Of a stretch of DNA of 64,000 nucleotides, positions 47,795 to 62,258 are shown in pieces. The position numbers and the translations under genes were made by a program. Source of the stretch: the human T2T-CHM13v2.0 reference genome, Homo sapiens. The notes under the pieces are model-generated. The model saw only the letters and a program-made list of their open reading frames with translations, was not told the origin of the DNA and searched no databases. Position 1 is the stretch's first letter; the number at the start of each line of letters is the position of its first letter. Location: NCBI RefSeq assembly GCF_009914755.1, contig NC_060935.1; one strand, written 5' to 3'.

Positions 47795-48889
47795 TCAGTA
47801 TCTATTTTTTATACAAGCAAAGAAAAACTACAGTTCTTGCCACTAAAATTCAAAGTGCTATACACATTGCACAGTGAAACTCAGAAAGATTCAGAGAGAA
47901 TCTAATCTAGCGCAGTGTAGCTGGTAGACAATGAAGTTTCCAACAAATTAATTTAATTGGTTTTACAATAGCAAAAGGAAGTAACTGTGTGCATCTCAAA
48001 GTTCCCTTGGGAGCAGAGCTGAAAGTAGCTCAGAGAATACACAGGAAATCTACTGCAGATCAAATTTTCTTACAGAACAGAGGCCCTACTGTGTTACCTA
48101 ATTGCAATGTAATTTTATATCCAAATCACTTGTATTGTCTTATTATTTCTTTAAAACAAAAATACTTGCAGAATGCATTTAATTAAATATACTCTATTAT
48201 AAAGTGTTAGGAGAATTCATGTTAATAGGACACAGTATCAACTGATTAATGTGATCAAACATTCTTACCTACATAATTTATAACTGCCAGGTACGTTTAT
48301 CCAAACTACAGCAACGTTTGCAATTTAAAGGATTTGGAAGAGCTTCAGAGGTTACATAATCATGAAAGTTCATGATGGCAGTAGGGACTAAGGTCTTTGT
48401 TTTTACTCATCAGTAATTTCTGGTATTTTTCTATAATGAATATATCATACTTTTGAACTAAGATAAGGACTTATTATCTTTAAATGTTTTAACTGCTTTA
48501 AAAAGAGGAAAGTGTAAATTACACCAAGAACTGGAAGATAACTGTCAGATGCAATCAGGAAAGGTTTTATGGATTAGAAGGTGTACCAGCTAGAGTTCTA
48601 GATCTAGGGAAAAATATTTCAAGAAGCAATAGTGTTAGCAAGCCTCCAAAATTATATATTTGAGTGACTAAATTAACAAACAAAGCTGTGAAGAGTAATT
48701 GTTTTAGTAGAAGCAGGTAGTCTAGGAAAAAGGATTACATAAAAATATTTTAAAAATTGGATATCTTTAAGCATTCTTCTCTCTACTTTCATATACTCTA
48801 ATAAATCCAAAGTAATCTCAGAAGGAGATAATATTTTGTCCATTTTACAGCTGAAGAAATGAATAATATAGAGGTTATAATGACTTATT

Positions 48890-49460
48890 CTCTCATTCAT
48901 ACAAATATTTAAATGAAGAAACTACAGTATGGCAGCATTGTTTTAAATGCTGGAGAATCAGGAAGAAACACAACTGATAGCTCTCTCTTTATGGGAGAGC
49001 CCCTGTCCAGTGAGAGGAAGTTTCTGGGGTAGGACCTGAGAATCTTCATTTCTCACCAGTTTCTGGGTTATACATTTCTGCTAGCCTCAAAATCACACTT
49101 AGGCCAACAAAGGGAAATCCCACATGGGTGGAGCCTAATGAATGATTGGCTTGTAGAGGTGGATGAGGTGAGAGAAGAAGGCAAGAGTTCCTCTGGATTT
49201 ATAGGTCTTGTTGATAATTCGATACTTTCTCTGTGAGGACAGTTATTAAAAGATGTTAAGGGAGATATAGGTAGAGGAGATAGAATACTATTAGCATTTT
49301 TCAAAATGGTAATTTTTGCTGTGGTTTGGAGAGTGGACTGGAGAGAGGCAAGGTCAGAAGCAGAGAAAACAATTAAGTTATGCCGAAGCTGAGAAATGAT
49401 GGCAGCTTGAACTAGGGTCATAGCAAATAGAGATGGAGAGAAGTGGATGAGTGTGACTTA
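48890..49460 (-). mobile_element. L2 fragments (with a short MER5-like piece at ~49025-49090)
   Basis: tcattcatacaaatattta; tttggagagtggactggagagaggcaagg; atggcagcttgaactaggg...gatggagagaagtgga. Confidence 0.6.
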
Positions 49461-49544
49461 GCCTAGTTTTTATAGCTAGTTAATTGTATATGTGTTGTTT
49501 GAATTCAGAAGTTTTTTACTGTATAATCGGCATTCTATTCAATT

Positions 49545-49703
49545 GCTATTGAAGTACAGTTGAGGATCAGCAGCAGCAACATCACCTGAGAATGTATTGG
49601 AAATGCAGGATCTTAGGCTCCACCTCAGACCTACTGAATTAGAATCTGCACTTTCACAAGATTCCCAGGTGATTCATATTCACACTAAAGTATGTAAAGC
49701 ACT
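49545..49703. mobile_element. MER5A1/MER5B-like
   Basis: cagcagcaacatcacctgag...gaaatgcag...ctcagacctactgaattagaatctgca...cccaggtgattc. Confidence 0.8.
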
Positions 49704-50786
49704 ATTCCACTATAAAACAGCTACATTGCATCTTACAAATTTAAATAATGTATGCTTTTGAATGGCAAAATCTATGAAGGAAACTTAACTTTTCTCCTAA
49801 GACAGTCTAAAACCATTTATTAAGATGTGCATATTAATAAAAAAAGTGTTGCAAAAATACAAAGATATAAATTCAATGATGATAATCATATAGATTAAAA
49901 TAAAATTCAAGAGATTTAATGACTATATATTAAAAGCTTCAATTTAATGATCATTATATCAAAAGTTTCTGGGTCTTATTTGTTTCTTTATCTGTAACTG
50001 AGATATACTTGGAAAAGAGAAAAGTGGTTTATTTAAATATTTCCCTAACTCTACAAATTTTTTTATGATATCAGCAAAGGTGACAACATAAAAATAACAT
50101 CGTCCAGGGGAGAAAAACTTTTGGATGCAAGGTAATCTATATACCTTTAATATTGGCAATTTAATATTTATATCAACTCAATATGTGGTTTTATACAAAG
50201 CACTGAATCATTAGACAATTTCCAACTTTAACATTATGATAAATATTCACAAGCCAAACAAAAGATGTACAGATTCTATTAGATGTTCCATTCCTAGTTT
50301 TCTGAAACCTACTATGACATCCCTAATGACAGTTCATCTTTTGGGCATGTGTTAAAGGGTATCTTTCTAACATTTTTCATTTTAGTTTTATTCTTTTCCT
50401 TTATAATTGAACACACAGTTTATTGAGCTTAAGGCCATTTAGGACGTGATAAGAGGTTAAAGTTGAGGCAAACTTAATGATCTTCAACTTTCCATAATTT
50501 TATTGAATTTATGAAACCTATGTCTCTTCTCCCCAGTCTTTGCAATTTCATTTTTCCCTTTTCCACCTATTTGTATAAAATAATAAAAGCAAAGTGAACA
50601 AAATATTAAAATAATTTCACAAATGGATATTGCCTTACAAGCAGAAGTGTCAACGTAAATAACACTGAATTGCTGGCTTGTAGGTAAAACCATTGTTGGG
50701 TAGATTGAAGTGTCCTTACTAAACTGACATAGTTTGAAGTCGTTATAGGAAAATAGTTTGGGGTTATCAATGTATAATGCATGAAA

Positions 50787-51927
<1,141 letters not shown>

Positions 51928-52803
51928 TACAAAATTTGCAAGAATGAAACTCAGTGACTATCTGTCTGTGACTAAATTTATTTCAACAAATTGAGGATTC
52001 ACTTTTCAACTAATTTGTATTGAGGTACTATGTTGACTAATAAGATGCACCCTTGTCCTCAATAGATACCGTATTGAAGAGGGAAAGAAAGTAATACAGG
52101 CACAAGTGACTGTATTACATTAATGCATTTAAAAGGTAACATTTTAAGACCTTGAATTTCAATGAGTAGAAATAAGAAAGTATGTGTATTTCAAATGAGT
52201 AAAATATAATGAACAACAAAAGTAGAAAAATGCAGTGTATTCATAATAAAATATAAGGTAAAAAATTATAGGTCATAAAATAAATAATTACAGCTAATAA
52301 TTTTTTGGTCATTGACTTTTTTTCATCTCTGACTTTTTATTGCCATTCCCTTTTCTAAGAGTCACTTCATTTAATTTTCACAATTACACTTCATAGTATT
52401 ATGTCTTCTCTGTTTTCATATAAGGAAAGTGTACCTAAGTACAATAACTTGAACAAGGCCATACAACTAGCAGGTGGGCAGGTAGAATTGGACCATCACT
52501 GTCTGTTTAACCTGAAAGTCTATGTTTACCCATACCCTTACTAAACAACAAGCATAGTATGCATACCAGGAAGTAATAGGAAGTAAGGCTAGAAAGATTG
52601 ATCTTATTTCTGGAATTTCATAATATCTGTGAGTTACTTATGAGTGTTATTACAGGACTTATGCCAAAACATTACTATCTCTACTTTTTCTGACTATGTC
52701 TTGTCCCTGCAACTGTTTCTGTTCTCTAGTACACGTATCCCAATGTAGTATAGTTATGAAATATATAATTCACTCAAACCAGTCTGTGAATATAAACAAT
52801 TTC

Positions 52804-53137
52804 TTTCTTTCTTTCTTTCTTTTTCTTTCCTTTCTTTTTTTTTTTTTTTTTTTTTTGACAGAGTTTTGCTCTTGTCACCCAGGCTGGGTGCAATGGCGTG
52901 ATCTCAGCTCACTACAAACTCTGGCCTCCTGGGTTCAAGTGATTCTCCTGCCTCAGCCTCCTGAGTAGCTGGGATTACAGATATGCCCCAACATGCCTGG
53001 CTAATTTTTGTATTATTAGTAGAGACTGGGTTTCACCATGTTGGCCAGGCTGCTTACAAAACTTTGACCTCAGGTGATCTACCCACCTTGACCTCCCAAA
53101 GTGCTGGGATTACAGGCATGAACCACTGCACCCAGCC
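52804..53137 (-). mobile_element. AluS (Sp/Sq-like) with (CTTT)n tail
   Basis: gagttttgctcttgtcacccagg and gcaatggc; TSD atataaacaatttc at 52790-52803 and 53140-53153. Confidence 0.92.
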
Positions 53138-53253
53138 ACATATAAACAATTTCATCTATGTCCATAGCTCTAATATACAGCCTAGATTAGGTTATCACTC
53201 AATAAACAAATGTTGAATGGAATCTGGAGAGGAATGAATGGAATCTGAAGAGG

Positions 53254-53460
53254 TTTTACATAAGAAAACCAAATCATAGAAAGTATTAAAAAATTGGCCC
53301 AAAGACATAGCTAGGAAATTAGTGGCACTGGCATTCAAATTCAGGTAGTATGACACCAGAGGTAACATCTCAAATACTTTACACACTGCTTATCTTACCT
53401 GTACCACAACTACCACCAGCACCATTTCTTCCAGGACCACTATTAATATCACAATTGACT
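53254..53460 (+). repeat. Local direct duplication, copy 1 (MIR-derived plus flank)
   Basis: About 90% identical to 54373-54560 by manual alignment; carries an extra 19 bp. Confidence 0.93.
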
Positions 53461-54372
53461 TTTCCTGTCATTTTCATAAAGAGAGAGAATACTGACTTCC
53501 TCTCCTACGAGAGAAAATATTGACTTGATGTTAAAGAAAATTCTCTGCCTTCTAGGGCACCACATCTCTATCTGTTAACAATTATATTTTCTGCAAAGCA
53601 ACATGATATGGTGATCATCAACAAAACAAAACATTTATGAGTAAGTGTTGCAAATTCAATATAAAATAATCAGATAACCTAAATGCTCATTTGAAAAGTC
53701 AACTCCCAGTTGTCTTTTTAAATTTGAGGATTAGATAGAAAATCAAAATACAACATACAACTCTTTATAATCAGGTGGCCAAATTAGCAATTACCATTCA
53801 TTAACATGATTTACATACTTTTATAATACCTGAGGTGGTTAATATTACATTTTGATAATTTCTTTATCGGTAAAAATATAAGTATCTGTAGGTGTGTTGA
53901 AGGTGAACTATTAATAGCTTCATTCCTTCCCGTTAGAATTTCACACATAACCTCTCCGTAGCCTTCATGTTGTTGGACCACATTTTAGAGAAGTTCTCAT
54001 TATAATCATAGCTATTTGGTATTTTGAGAACTAATTACTTTGGCTAGAACCTAGAGTATATCTAAGTACTAAATTATCCTCCAAGTGAAGACAGTCTGAG
54101 CCACATCTAATCACCAGAGAAAACAATAGCATCTTCATACCTTCCCTTAGAAATTGACTAGTTAACTGCTTTACTGTGCAGCCAGCAGAACAAAAAGTAT
54201 AATTGAAGCTAATGTGGCTCACAAATTGAGAAACAGAAAGTCAAATGATTCATTCCTCTCCTTTTGTGTCCAGTCTACTTTCAGGCATCTCTAAACCTGA
54301 TTCACTTTATAGGATTTATACTTACTCATTTTTTACAACAAAAAATTGAGATATGCTCTATTACTGTCACCA

Positions 54373-54560
54373 TTTTACATAAGAAAACCAAATCATAGAG
54401 AGTATTAACAATTTGGCCCAAAGACATAGCGAGGAAACTAATGGCACTGGAATTCAAATTCAGGTAGCATCACACACTTTACCCACTGCTTCTCTTACCT
54501 AGACCACAACTACCACCGGCCCTGTTTCTTCCAGGACCACTATTAATACCACAATTGACT
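54373..54560 (+). repeat. Local direct duplication, copy 2
   Basis: ttttacataagaaaaccaaatcataga...ccaggaccactattaataccacaattgact; embedded in its native MIR context. Confidence 0.93.
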
Positions 54561-54569
54561 GTACTAGTT

Positions 54570-54835
54570 ACCCTTTTATCAAGCATTTCTTCTATATGAA
54601 GCATAGTGATAAGGACTTTACTGGTATTAACTTACAAAGCCTCTGAGAAAGCATTATTATCCCCATTTTGGAGGCTCAGAGAAGTTAAAACTCAACCTGC
54701 TAAACTAAACCTCTTTGAGCCTAGAACTGAGGCTCAGAGAGATTAAGTAATTAGGATTATGGAGCTAATAAATTCAAATGGCCAAGAATCAAATCCAAAT
54801 CCCTCTGATTCCAAAAACTGGCTCTCAATGTCCAG
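54570..54835 (-). mobile_element. MIR with internal micro-rearrangement
   Basis: attattatccccatttt, aactgaggctcagagagattaagtaa, ctctgattccaaa. Confidence 0.7.
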
Positions 54836-54853
54836 CCTTTCCTTGCTTTATCT

Positions 54854-55083
54854 CAGTGTTTCTCAAACAAGGGCAGTAACACTTCCTAGAGGACATTTGG
54901 AAATGAGGGGTATGTTTTGTGATTGCCTAAAGGCATTGAAAACAGTATTAGAATTTAGTGATGGTGGCCACGAATGCTAAACATCCTTCATTGTGCTGGT
55001 ATGTCCTACAAATGAAAGACTGTCCCACCTCCGTCAAAAACCTCCCACCCAAATGTCAGTAGCGCCCCCTTTGAGAAACACTA
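54854..55083. mobile_element. MER20-like hAT-Charlie element
   Basis: TIRs cagtgtttctcaa...ttgagaaacact; ggacatttggaaatg, atgctaaacatcct, caaatgtcagtagcgcc. Confidence 0.8.
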
Positions 55084-55934
55084 AGCTATCACTTCTTTTC
55101 CCATCACGGAAGGGTTTCTCATGTTGTGCATTAGCTAAAGTATTTTCATAAACTGCAGCCATATTTCATATCTAGAGGGGCTGGGAAATGGTGAAGTTAC
55201 TTTAATGTGGGGTTATATGTAGTAGTGACTTTTCTGAGGCCCTAAGTCAGTTATCACTTAGGTTCCTCCAGGGACGGGGATCACTTTTAATTTTAAAAAG
55301 CAAATGAGGGCAACTGACACATAAGTAATGCAACTCAGCTTCTTTGATCCTCTCTGGAGTAATGTAAATTAATTCTGATGATGCCTAAGTCAAATATTCA
55401 GTGAGGGAAATATGAGATCGCTGTGCTGCATGATGCAGGAATTGTTTGCTGCTGCTGTTTTTCTTGTTGTTGGTGGTTTATTTGTTCGTTCACTTACATT
55501 CCACTTGACAATCTATTTATCTACCTGTACCTATCGCAGCCACCTAAGGTGTTCACACAAAACAACAGTTTGAATCTGTGATTACATTCCTTTTAATTTT
55601 CCAATCCCCACTTCCAATCATGACAAGTGTTTATTGTTCTCTCATATGTTGTTACTATATGCTAACAAGCAATGGTTTGAGAAAGAGAGAAATGTCAAGG
55701 TGACAACTAAGAAGACAGAGGGTAATTTATCTACCTCACAGGTGAGAAATATACTAAAATCTCTTTAGGTTGGTATTGTAAATCAAAGGTAGAATTTACT
55801 TTGCTTTTGTGTGGAAAAAATAGAAAAAGCAACAACAGTGTCATGTGCCGTAGGGCTGTGGGTTAAATTACAAAGAGTCTCTTTTGGTTGCCACATTAAT
55901 CACCCTCAGGGGATTGGAGCATATTTCTCACAGA

Positions 55935-56400
55935 CATTATTCTCCCAATGGTCCTGTGAGGTCAAAGTGGCTATTCCACAGATGAAGAAAGTGAGGCTCA
56001 GAAAGTTAAGTAGCTTACCTAGGTCATGAACCTAGCAAATGTCAATGCCAGGAGTCTACATCATGATAACCTCTTTCTAAGAAGGCCCACGTTCATCTGA
56101 TCAGGCCACACTGAGTTAACCGAGCTCATTAATCCAAGGAGTGGTAAGGGCAGCTTACGTTTTGTATATTTTCTAAGTATTTTCAACAAACATTTGCATA
56201 CCATGTGCATTTGTTCTTCATAAAACTATCAAGAAGTAGTTAGGGAATCAAGAATTGATTTTTTTCAGAGGAGGACAGTGAGGATCTGAGCCATGCAGGA
56301 AATTTTCTAAGGTCAAACCCAGCTAGTAATTGGTAACACCATGATTAGAGAATCAGACACCAACATCAAATAATGTTTTCCAGTACAACAAATACCATCT
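55935..56400 (-). mobile_element. Two MIR fragments
   Basis: acagatgaagaaagtgaggctcagaaagttaagtagcttacctaggtca; cagaggaggacagtgagg...aaggtcaaacccagctagtaa. Confidence 0.6.
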
Positions 56401-58149
56401 CTTTGAGAAATAAAGTTCATACTTATAGCCTCAAAGGCACTTGCCTTTATAAATCAGTTCATTTTCACTAGCCAAAGAATAAGAAGGTTATATTTTTAAA
56501 GTAAATCTTGTGAATATCTACAAATTGGTACTTAGCCACATCAATTGATAATTAGTAATTAAATAGTTTTTCCTACAGATGTGTTAGACTAGCTGAAGTG
56601 ACATCTACTGCTCAACCAAAAACTTTGTGTTCTCCCATGAAAAACACTTAAATTCTCAAGGCTTTAGCTTTCTCACAGGCAAAATACAGATATTTTAAAG
56701 CAGATGTGATCATAATATAACATTAAGAAAGAATTTAAAACAATTGTAAAATATTTTACAAATTTGAAATTATTGTACACAAACTTGTTTATACTTCTGT
56801 TTCCCATGGTTTCTGCCAAAACTTCTTAAATAGTAGACTAGCACAAAAATTGCATAAACACAAACACAAGTTTGTTAGTGACCTCATTTATAAAATATAT
56901 GAATACCATGTTTTTTTACTTTGATATTAAAATTTATAATTCAGGTTTTGATTAACATTTTAGTAAATATTTCTTAAACTTTAGTTTCTTATTGACTAAC
57001 TTTTGAGAGGAGAAGACAGTCAATGTGGGCAATAATCTTACTCTAGATTTGGTCTTCCCTTTGGGAAATCCAAGCCAGAATGCAAATATTGCTTTGTTGT
57101 TGCTCAAAACCTACAACAAATAAAATGGTACATTTACATCCGTCAATACCACCCATTGAGAATAATTTTCTGATTTCCTTAGCATGCCTTTTACAGAAAG
57201 AAAAACTTTTGAAGCAATTCTACTCAAAATTTTCCATCCCATCTCTGAGTGGGTTTTAAATAGGAAATATGCTCTTTCAGGATAAACACCCTGATTCTAA
57301 GATAACAGCTTTGAGGAGAGAAGTGGTAGGAAGCTGGCTCTTCCCAGATGGCTAGAAGTATAGAGAGTCACTGTGAGTCCCAGGCTTTAACCACAGAGCT
57401 GCTACTGCAGCAGGCATTGTATATACCCCATTAGGAAGAAACCCAAGAACCACCCACAGTCCTCCAGCATTTCTAGAATTAAAGCAAGGAGGCTCATGCA
57501 TTTAGCCTGATACCAGAAGAAACTAAGAAAAACTATGTGGGGACTTGTAAAAACCTCTTTCCACAGGGAAGAAGAAAATAGTGGGTAGAAGTGCTATAGT
57601 TTCCTTTTGTTCTAGTTGATATTGTATGAGCTTGCTTTTTTTTTTTTTTTTTTTTTAAAGAGCTCAATGCTACAGAGCGCAAATTCATCTGTAAGTAGAC
57701 TATTGGGATTTTTTAAAGGTTATCCATTATTCTAATTAGCCTGCAGAGTTTATTCTGCAGGAACTCCAATGTTTTTGGAAACATAATTAATACATCAACA
57801 TGTGTGAGACCCGTAACAATTTTTATCAAATAAGGGAGAGTGAGTGACTGAATGACTCAGTTTCACTATGATTGGTATAGCACTGAGGTGTGAGAAAGCA
57901 TGATACATTTATGGAAATGGATCCATTGTAGCCACAGAACATAGGAGGTCAGCAGAAGAGAAAGTGTGAGAGGCAAGATGATGTCATATCCTGAAGGGCC
58001 TGTGAATGATAACAAAGATCTATCCGGAAGGTGTGGGGCCATTGTATGGAATAGTAAACTATTTAAGGGTTCTGTGTCAAGAATAGTACACTCAATCTCT
58101 ATTAAAGTCCACACACAAGAAAATGAGATTCAGTTTTAATTTGAAGAAC

Positions 58150-58365
58150 TTCTACTTACGGAGCAAGTGCCACATGCCAGAGGATTCATACAGAACTCAT
58201 CACCACCTCATAAGCTAAGCATCATTCTCCCCATTTTACAAATGAGAAAACTGAGGATCAGACATGTTAAGTAACTTGTTCAATGACTCACACAATAAGT
58301 GGTGGAGCAGAGTTTTATGGAAACCTGATTCTTCAAACCTAGGTTATTGATCTCCATGCAGCACT
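58150..58365 (-). mobile_element. MIR
   Basis: ccccattttacaaatgagaaaactgaggatcagacatgttaagtaacttgttcaa. Confidence 0.75.
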
Positions 58366-58485
58366 GAGTCAGGGAGAAGGTCAGCTGTATGAAATAAATG
58401 GCAGTGTTGATATTTATAATGAGAAGGCCTCATGTTTTCCTGCCTGAGATGGTTTATTAGTAGTCCTACCTGGAACTCTTCACAT

Positions 58486-58800
58486 CTGTGCTGTCCAAAA
58501 AGGTAGCTACTAGTGCTCCTGTGGCTACTGAGACTTGAAATGTGGCTGGTCCAGATATGCTACAAGTATAAAATAAACATCACAGTTTGAAAATTTAGAA
58601 TATAGAATTTAAAATTTAGAAACAGAATGTATTTTAATATTGTTACATAGTTTATATGTTGAAATGATAATGTTGGGGATATATTTGGGGGTTAAAGAAA
58701 CTTTTTAAAATTAATTTTACCTATTTCTTTTTACTTTTTTAAACATAGCTAATTTTAAAATGTAATTTCCACGTGTAGGTCACTTTATTGGAAAGTACTG
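58486..58800. mobile_element. MER33 (hAT-Charlie)
   Basis: ctgtgctgtccaaaaaggtagctactag...gtggctactgagacttgaaatgtggct...tattggaaagtactg; ~315 bp. Confidence 0.8.
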
Positions 58801-59719
58801 GTTCAGATCCTAAGAGAATAGAGATGATAATATACTCTTTGCCTTTGAAGGCCTTGCCTTTTTTCATAGGATGGAAAAGATTCAAGGATATGTGGCTGTT
58901 GCTGAACTTCTCTTTCAAAAATGAGAGCTTCTTTTGGTTGCCTGAGCCATGATGAGGCCATCACCCTGGGCCCTGGGCTAGGAAAAAGTTAGTTATAATT
59001 CCACTTTCTCTTGTCTTAACTAAGAGGAGTCCTATAAAAAATTAATTGCCTTCCAGTATTACAGTATTTTCATTTGAAAAATGGGAATAGGAATATCAAC
59101 CCCAAGTTATTGTATGGAAATTAAATGAATTAATCCATTCAAAGTGCCCATCTCACGGACTGGCTTGTGATAAATGCTCAATAAATGTAAATTTGCTTCC
59201 TCTGGTTCGCCTTCCTCTTTCTGTGTCTGTCACTAAAGGCCACCAAGCCAGCCGCCCTAAAAACGTTATCTTTTTTATGGTGCCGTGGATGATTTTTTTT
59301 CCAAGCTCAAGTTTTCTCCTGCATATCATCATCACCCAGTAAATGGTAAGAGTGTTGCTATTTTTAAAGTTCAGCAGCTTGGGACTGAATTTATATCAAA
59401 GATGAAAAATATCTCAAAGTAAATTCAATTTATAAATATTTACTTGTTTGTATAATTTTTTCAATTTAGTGAACAAAATGCTAAAATTTGATGAGCAAAC
59501 TAAGTTGTGCATGGCATTATTTTTGTTTTTAAGGTAGCACAAGGCTTAGAAAAGTCAATATTGTTTTTCTATCCTTTTCTCACATAATTTCCTTTATTGA
59601 AGCTTCCCCCAAAGTTTCCTCTTTCTTCAGCTTAAAAATTTGAAGAGCTTCCTATTTCTGAATGGATCCTAAAAGGCTGATGGCAAGTTTTTCTGGCTGT
59701 GGTCTTTGATTTGTAACTA

Positions 59720-60330
59720 AATATTCATTTATACAATACTCATTGAGTCACTTGTTAAGTATTTATTGAACACCTGTTATGTGCCATGAACTGACAGAAG
59801 TGAAGGGAATATAGTGTTTAAAAAATCAGATTTAGTGCCTGTACTCTCAAAGCTTATACGTTAGAGAAACAGACCCAGGTTCTATAGGTAACAAAGCATA
59901 ACAAGAGACAATGAGGGAGAAGACACAAGAACTAAGGGAATATAAAAAGGGAGTTGATTCAGGCTGTGGGTGGTGATACATGCCTACAATCCCAGGACCG
60001 TGGGAGGCAGAGGCAGGAGGATCTCTTGATGCCAGAAATTTGAGACCAGCCTTGGGAAACATAATGAGATCCTGTCCTTAAAATAATTAAAATAAATAAA
60101 GAACCAGGCACGGTAGCACACTCTGGTAGCCCCAGCTACACTGAAGGCTGAAGTGGGAAGATCAGTCAAGCCCCGGAGTTTGAGGTTACTGTGAGTTATG
60201 ATTGTACCACAACACACTAGCCTGAGCAACAGAGCGTGACAAAAAGAGAGAGATTTGATTGTAGGGTAAGGGAAGTCATTCCTGAAGCAGTAATATTTAT
60301 AGCAAGACTATTAGAAGAAACAGCAGTAGG
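59720..60330 (-). mobile_element. L2 3' fragment split by an Alu
   Basis: tatttattgaacacctgttatgtgcca; gcctgtactctcaaagcttatac; resumes with agggaagtcattcctgaagcagtaatattt. Confidence 0.55.
59962..60245 (+). mobile_element. AluJ (highly diverged)
   Basis: gaggcaggaggatctcttga, gagaccagccttgggaaacata, aggttactgtgagttatgatt. Confidence 0.85.
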
Positions 60331-60884
60331 CTAGACAGATATTGTCCCAAACCACATCCATGGCTCCACACTCCAAAAACATTGCCAACTGTTGTTGCAT
60401 CACGAAAAATAAATTAAAATTGGGCATTCTGGAAAGTCACTTTTGTCCAAGAGATGTCAATATGAAGACCAGAGTGATACGTATATTCATATGTAATTCA
60501 TTTCTCAAAACTTCATCCAGGATCATGCTACACTTGAATAGTATCTTGGGGAAGTTATGGTCCTGATATCCTTTAAAAGGTGTAGTTCATCTCTGAATAT
60601 TAAGTAAATATTGGAGTATCTCAGAAGGCATATAAAATAGGCTTTCAATGACCTGTAAAAGTACTCTCTTAATGGAATTCCAGGTATTATTTAGTTTTTT
60701 ATTAAGTGAATTAATTCAGAAACATTCTCCATTTAGAGGAAAAAAATCCTCTGAGAGTCATTCTCCAAAGACTACATCATCAAGAATACCTGAGAGCAGA
60801 TATAGAGTCTCTCATTAAAAATGGTAGAAGTTTTTGAGTGTATAATCATTTCAAACTTATTAAACACTTTTCTCGCTTGCTTGC

Positions 60885-61062
60885 TTTTTTTTTTTTTTTT
60901 TTTTTTAAGGCTGAGTCTTGCTGTGTTGCTCAGGCTGGAGCGCAGTGACTGCTCACAGGCACAATTCATAGTCTACTACATCCTTGAACTCCTGGCCTCA
61001 AGCAATCCTCTCACTTCGGCCTCCAGAGTAGCTGGGACTACAGATGCTTGCCACTATGCCAG
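60885..61062 (-). mobile_element. FAM (fossil Alu monomer, 7SL-derived)
   Basis: Monomeric; retains the 7SL-like segment cagtgactgctcacaggcacaat (cf. cagtggctattcacaggcgcgat) that dimeric Alus lack; poly-T head. Confidence 0.78.
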
Positions 61063-61618
61063 ATTTGAACACCTACTCGACTCTGGGTGCTTCGTTATAC
61101 CAAATCTTTTTATCAGATGCTTTTATTCTCAAACTACCCTCCAAAGGAGAATTTCCCACCCACATTGTAAATCGAAGAAAACTTAGAAGATGAGTTTGAT
61201 TGCTCCAGCCCACAGAAAAAATAAAATAGTAGTAAATGTATACATCAGTCTGAATTTCTGACCCTTGATTAAGCCTAGATTGACTAAAAAAACATTGATT
61301 AAGTTATTAATGGCTGGATGGAGAAAGAACCACACGTGGTCTAGGTTGTGTTGGTATTTAGAATGGAACCCCAGATACCATTCACTGTAGTGAGGAACCT
61401 TCACTAAGTACCCCAGTATTCTGAAACCGCTCCTTGAAAACTACCTTTAGAGAATTAAGGACCTCTGCCTTAGAGGGAAAGAAACAGCTATAGAAGACAC
61501 ATAATAAAATATGGTTTCTATGACTGAAGTCTTGGCATTCCTCAGTAATGCTTCTCAGGAATCACTTTGTAAAATGTAGGCAAATTTGACCATATGTCAC
61601 CCCACCCCATCCATATAC

Positions 61619-61921
<303 letters not shown>

Positions 61922-62258
61922 CCATATATTTTTAAAACCTTCATGTCTAAGGGTAAAGGAAAAATCTCTTTAACTACCCTCCTGTGAATTTTTTCCCCTC
62001 TCCTCCAATCCCAATACAGAAATTATAGACACACAGGGACCTATACAGTTGACCTTGGCCAACTCGTGCTCACGACAACATCTCAGCTTTGACACCGCTC
62101 CCTCCAAGAAACCTGTTCTCTTCTCCCAAGTAAGAATTATATTCCTGGCATGTATAATCCTATAGTACTTGAGGTTCTCTTCTTTTATCCTTAATAACTT
62201 TGTATCTTAATTGTGTGTTTACTAGCCTGTCTCCCCCACTGAACTATTAATGTGTAAA

